From positions 1-35,517 of the IMG/VR virus record IMGVR_UViG_3300048080_000033: 35,517 bases of DNA; one strand, written 5' to 3'. Made by a program: the position numbers and the translations under genes. Below the pieces are notes generated by a model, which was not told where the DNA came from, searched no databases, and was given only the letters and a program-made list of their open reading frames with translations. The stretch is from a virus. Lineage: Duplodnaviria; Caudoviricetes. Of the stretch, positions 34,139 through 35,517 are shown piece after piece; the first letter of the stretch is position 1, and each line of letters opens with the position of its first letter.

Positions 34139-35517
34139 TTACAGCGCGACTGCCCACGCAAGCATTAGAACATCGTCTCCCGCCCCCGGTGACCCTGCTG
34201 CGCCCGTTGCACCAGCCACGCCGGGCGGCCCTATTTCACCCTGGTCGCCGTCGTCACCAGCCGGGCCAATCGGCCCCATTGGGCCAGCCGGGCCGGTCGG
34301 CCCCGCGCTGCCTGTGACCAGGTCAAACGTGGTGCCGTCCTGTTGCTGCCAGAACGGGTGAGTCTGGCCCGCCACGTCGAACCCGTACAGCCGCCCGAAG
34401 TTGGCCGCTGGTGCGCCTGGCGCTGATGCCCTTTCGGGGAACTCGAAGTAGTCATCGGTGCCGAGCTGCCAGCGGTTCGCGCCCGCCACAATCAGCTCAG
34501 TGTTGACGGTCACGCCGTCGCTACTGAACGATAGCCGGTCAGACTTGACCGCAACGCGCATGGCGCTATCACTCGCTGATTGGCCCTCGACCAACGCCCA
34601 CGCCGCATAGGGGTCTTCGCGGAAGAATGTAAACTTCGGCGGATCGAGGGCGAAGTCAAGCTGGCCGTTTGCGCCCGCTGGTGCCGAGTCGTAGATGGTC
34701 AGCATTGGACTCACTGTCGAGCCTAGCCGGTCGAGTTCCAGCCCTGCCGCGAGCAGACCCAACCGCCCCGAGGCCATATTCTGTAGGAAGTTATTGAGCG
34801 CCACAGCGCCGCCCGGCCCGAAGGCAATCCCGCCGCGTCCGCCGAACGATGTTATCTGAACGATTTGGTTTGCTTCCGCCGCCTCGAACAGGTTGATTGC
34901 CGGGATGAGTGCCCGCATATTGAGCGCGGCCCCGCCGCCACTGGTGCTGCCCATGATTTCAACGGTGATTGATTCGGTCAGGTTCTCAAACGTGACCTTC
35001 CGTTCCGCCGCTTCCGCAAACTTGAGCTTGAAGTCCGCGCCTAGCGGCTGCGCGTCAGACGCCTTGACGGACAGCGCCCGATTCAGGCCGCTGGCTCCCA
35101 TCGTCAGGAACGCTGCGTCGGGCATCATCCCGCCCATGCCGCCGCCATCCCCGCCGCCGTCCTCGCCATCCATACCGGGCGGCCCCGCCGCGCCCGCTGC
35201 GCCTGCCGGACCAGGGGAACCGGCCAGTGACAGATTCCGCAGCACACCCGCGCTGTTGACGTAGAACATCTCGGTCTCACCGAGGTACTCAAAGGCGTAC
35301 AGCCGAGCGTTGTTTGCCAGCGCCGCCGGACTGAGTCCCTGTTCCGCGAACTGCGAATACAGGTCATGGCGGTCGCCGGTCAGGATACCTCCGTCGTCAT
35401 CCGTGGTGTGGTTGTGCGCGTCCGCGCCTATCAGGATAGACGGCCCGCCGCCGCCGCCGATTCCGCCGCCACTGGTGCCGCCCAACATCCCGCCGCCGGT
35501 CAGTTGGTCAAGCCATC
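34139..35517 (-). CDS. Tail fiber-like protein with collagen (GXY) repeats, 5' truncated by window
   Basis: [13 protein letters not shown] and [16 protein letters not shown]...; frame open to window edge. Confidence 0.75.
   Translation of the reverse strand, partial: WLDQLTGGGMLGGTSGGGIGGGGGPSILIGADAHNHTTDDDGGILTGDRHDLYSQFAEQGLSPAALANNARLYAFEYLGETEMFYVNSAGVLRNLSLAGSPGPAGAAGAAGPPGMDGEDGGGDGGGMGGMMPDAAFLTMGASGLNRALSVKASDAQPLGADFKLKFAEAAERKVTFENLTESITVEIMGSTSGGGAALNMRALIPAINLFEAAEANQIVQITSFGGRGGIAFGPGGAVALNNFLQNMASGRLGLLAAGLELDRLGSTVSPMLTIYDSAPAGANGQLDFALDPPKFTFFREDPYAAWALVEGQSASDSAMRVAVKSDRLSFSSDGVTVNTELIVAGANRWQLGTDDYFEFPERASAPGAPAANFGRLYGFDVAGQTHPFWQQQDGTTFDLVTGSAGPTGPAGPMGPIGPAGDDGDQGEIGPPGVAGATGAAGSPGAGDDVLMLAWAVAL

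Overview
A GC-rich tailed-phage (or prophage) genome segment, almost entirely on the minus strand. From right to left it carries tail and structural genes, a GH25-LysM endolysin and holin, and a short plus-strand island. Next comes a full replication/recombination module: DnaB, primase, sigma-like factor, SSB, family A polymerase, RecA, Cas4-like and Vsr-like nucleases. After that are a nucleotide/DNA-modification block (HAD nucleotidase, dATP/dGTP diphosphohydrolase, Mom-like GNAT, RNase HII, N6A/N4C methyltransferase, ClpP) and many small accessory genes (macro domain, SLOG, RNA ligase, sortase-type surface protein, CX5R phosphatase). The main finding is an atypical 76-nt tRNA-Gly(UCC) at 13608-13683, hidden under the predicted start of the Mom-like gene. 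It keeps all GlyRS identity elements but has non-proteinogenic features. It starts at the predicted +1 of a phage promoter and ends 7 nt before the mom ATG, suggesting a dedicated glycyl-donor tRNA plus DNA-hypermodification enzyme cassette. Also notable are a second, frameshifted Mom-like gene behind a structured leader and small Zn-finger gene, three ~300-400 nt structured non-coding RNA candidates, a family of -10-only leaderless promoters, and an 11-bp-period repeat array. All protein calls come from motif recognition by eye; no database search was run.
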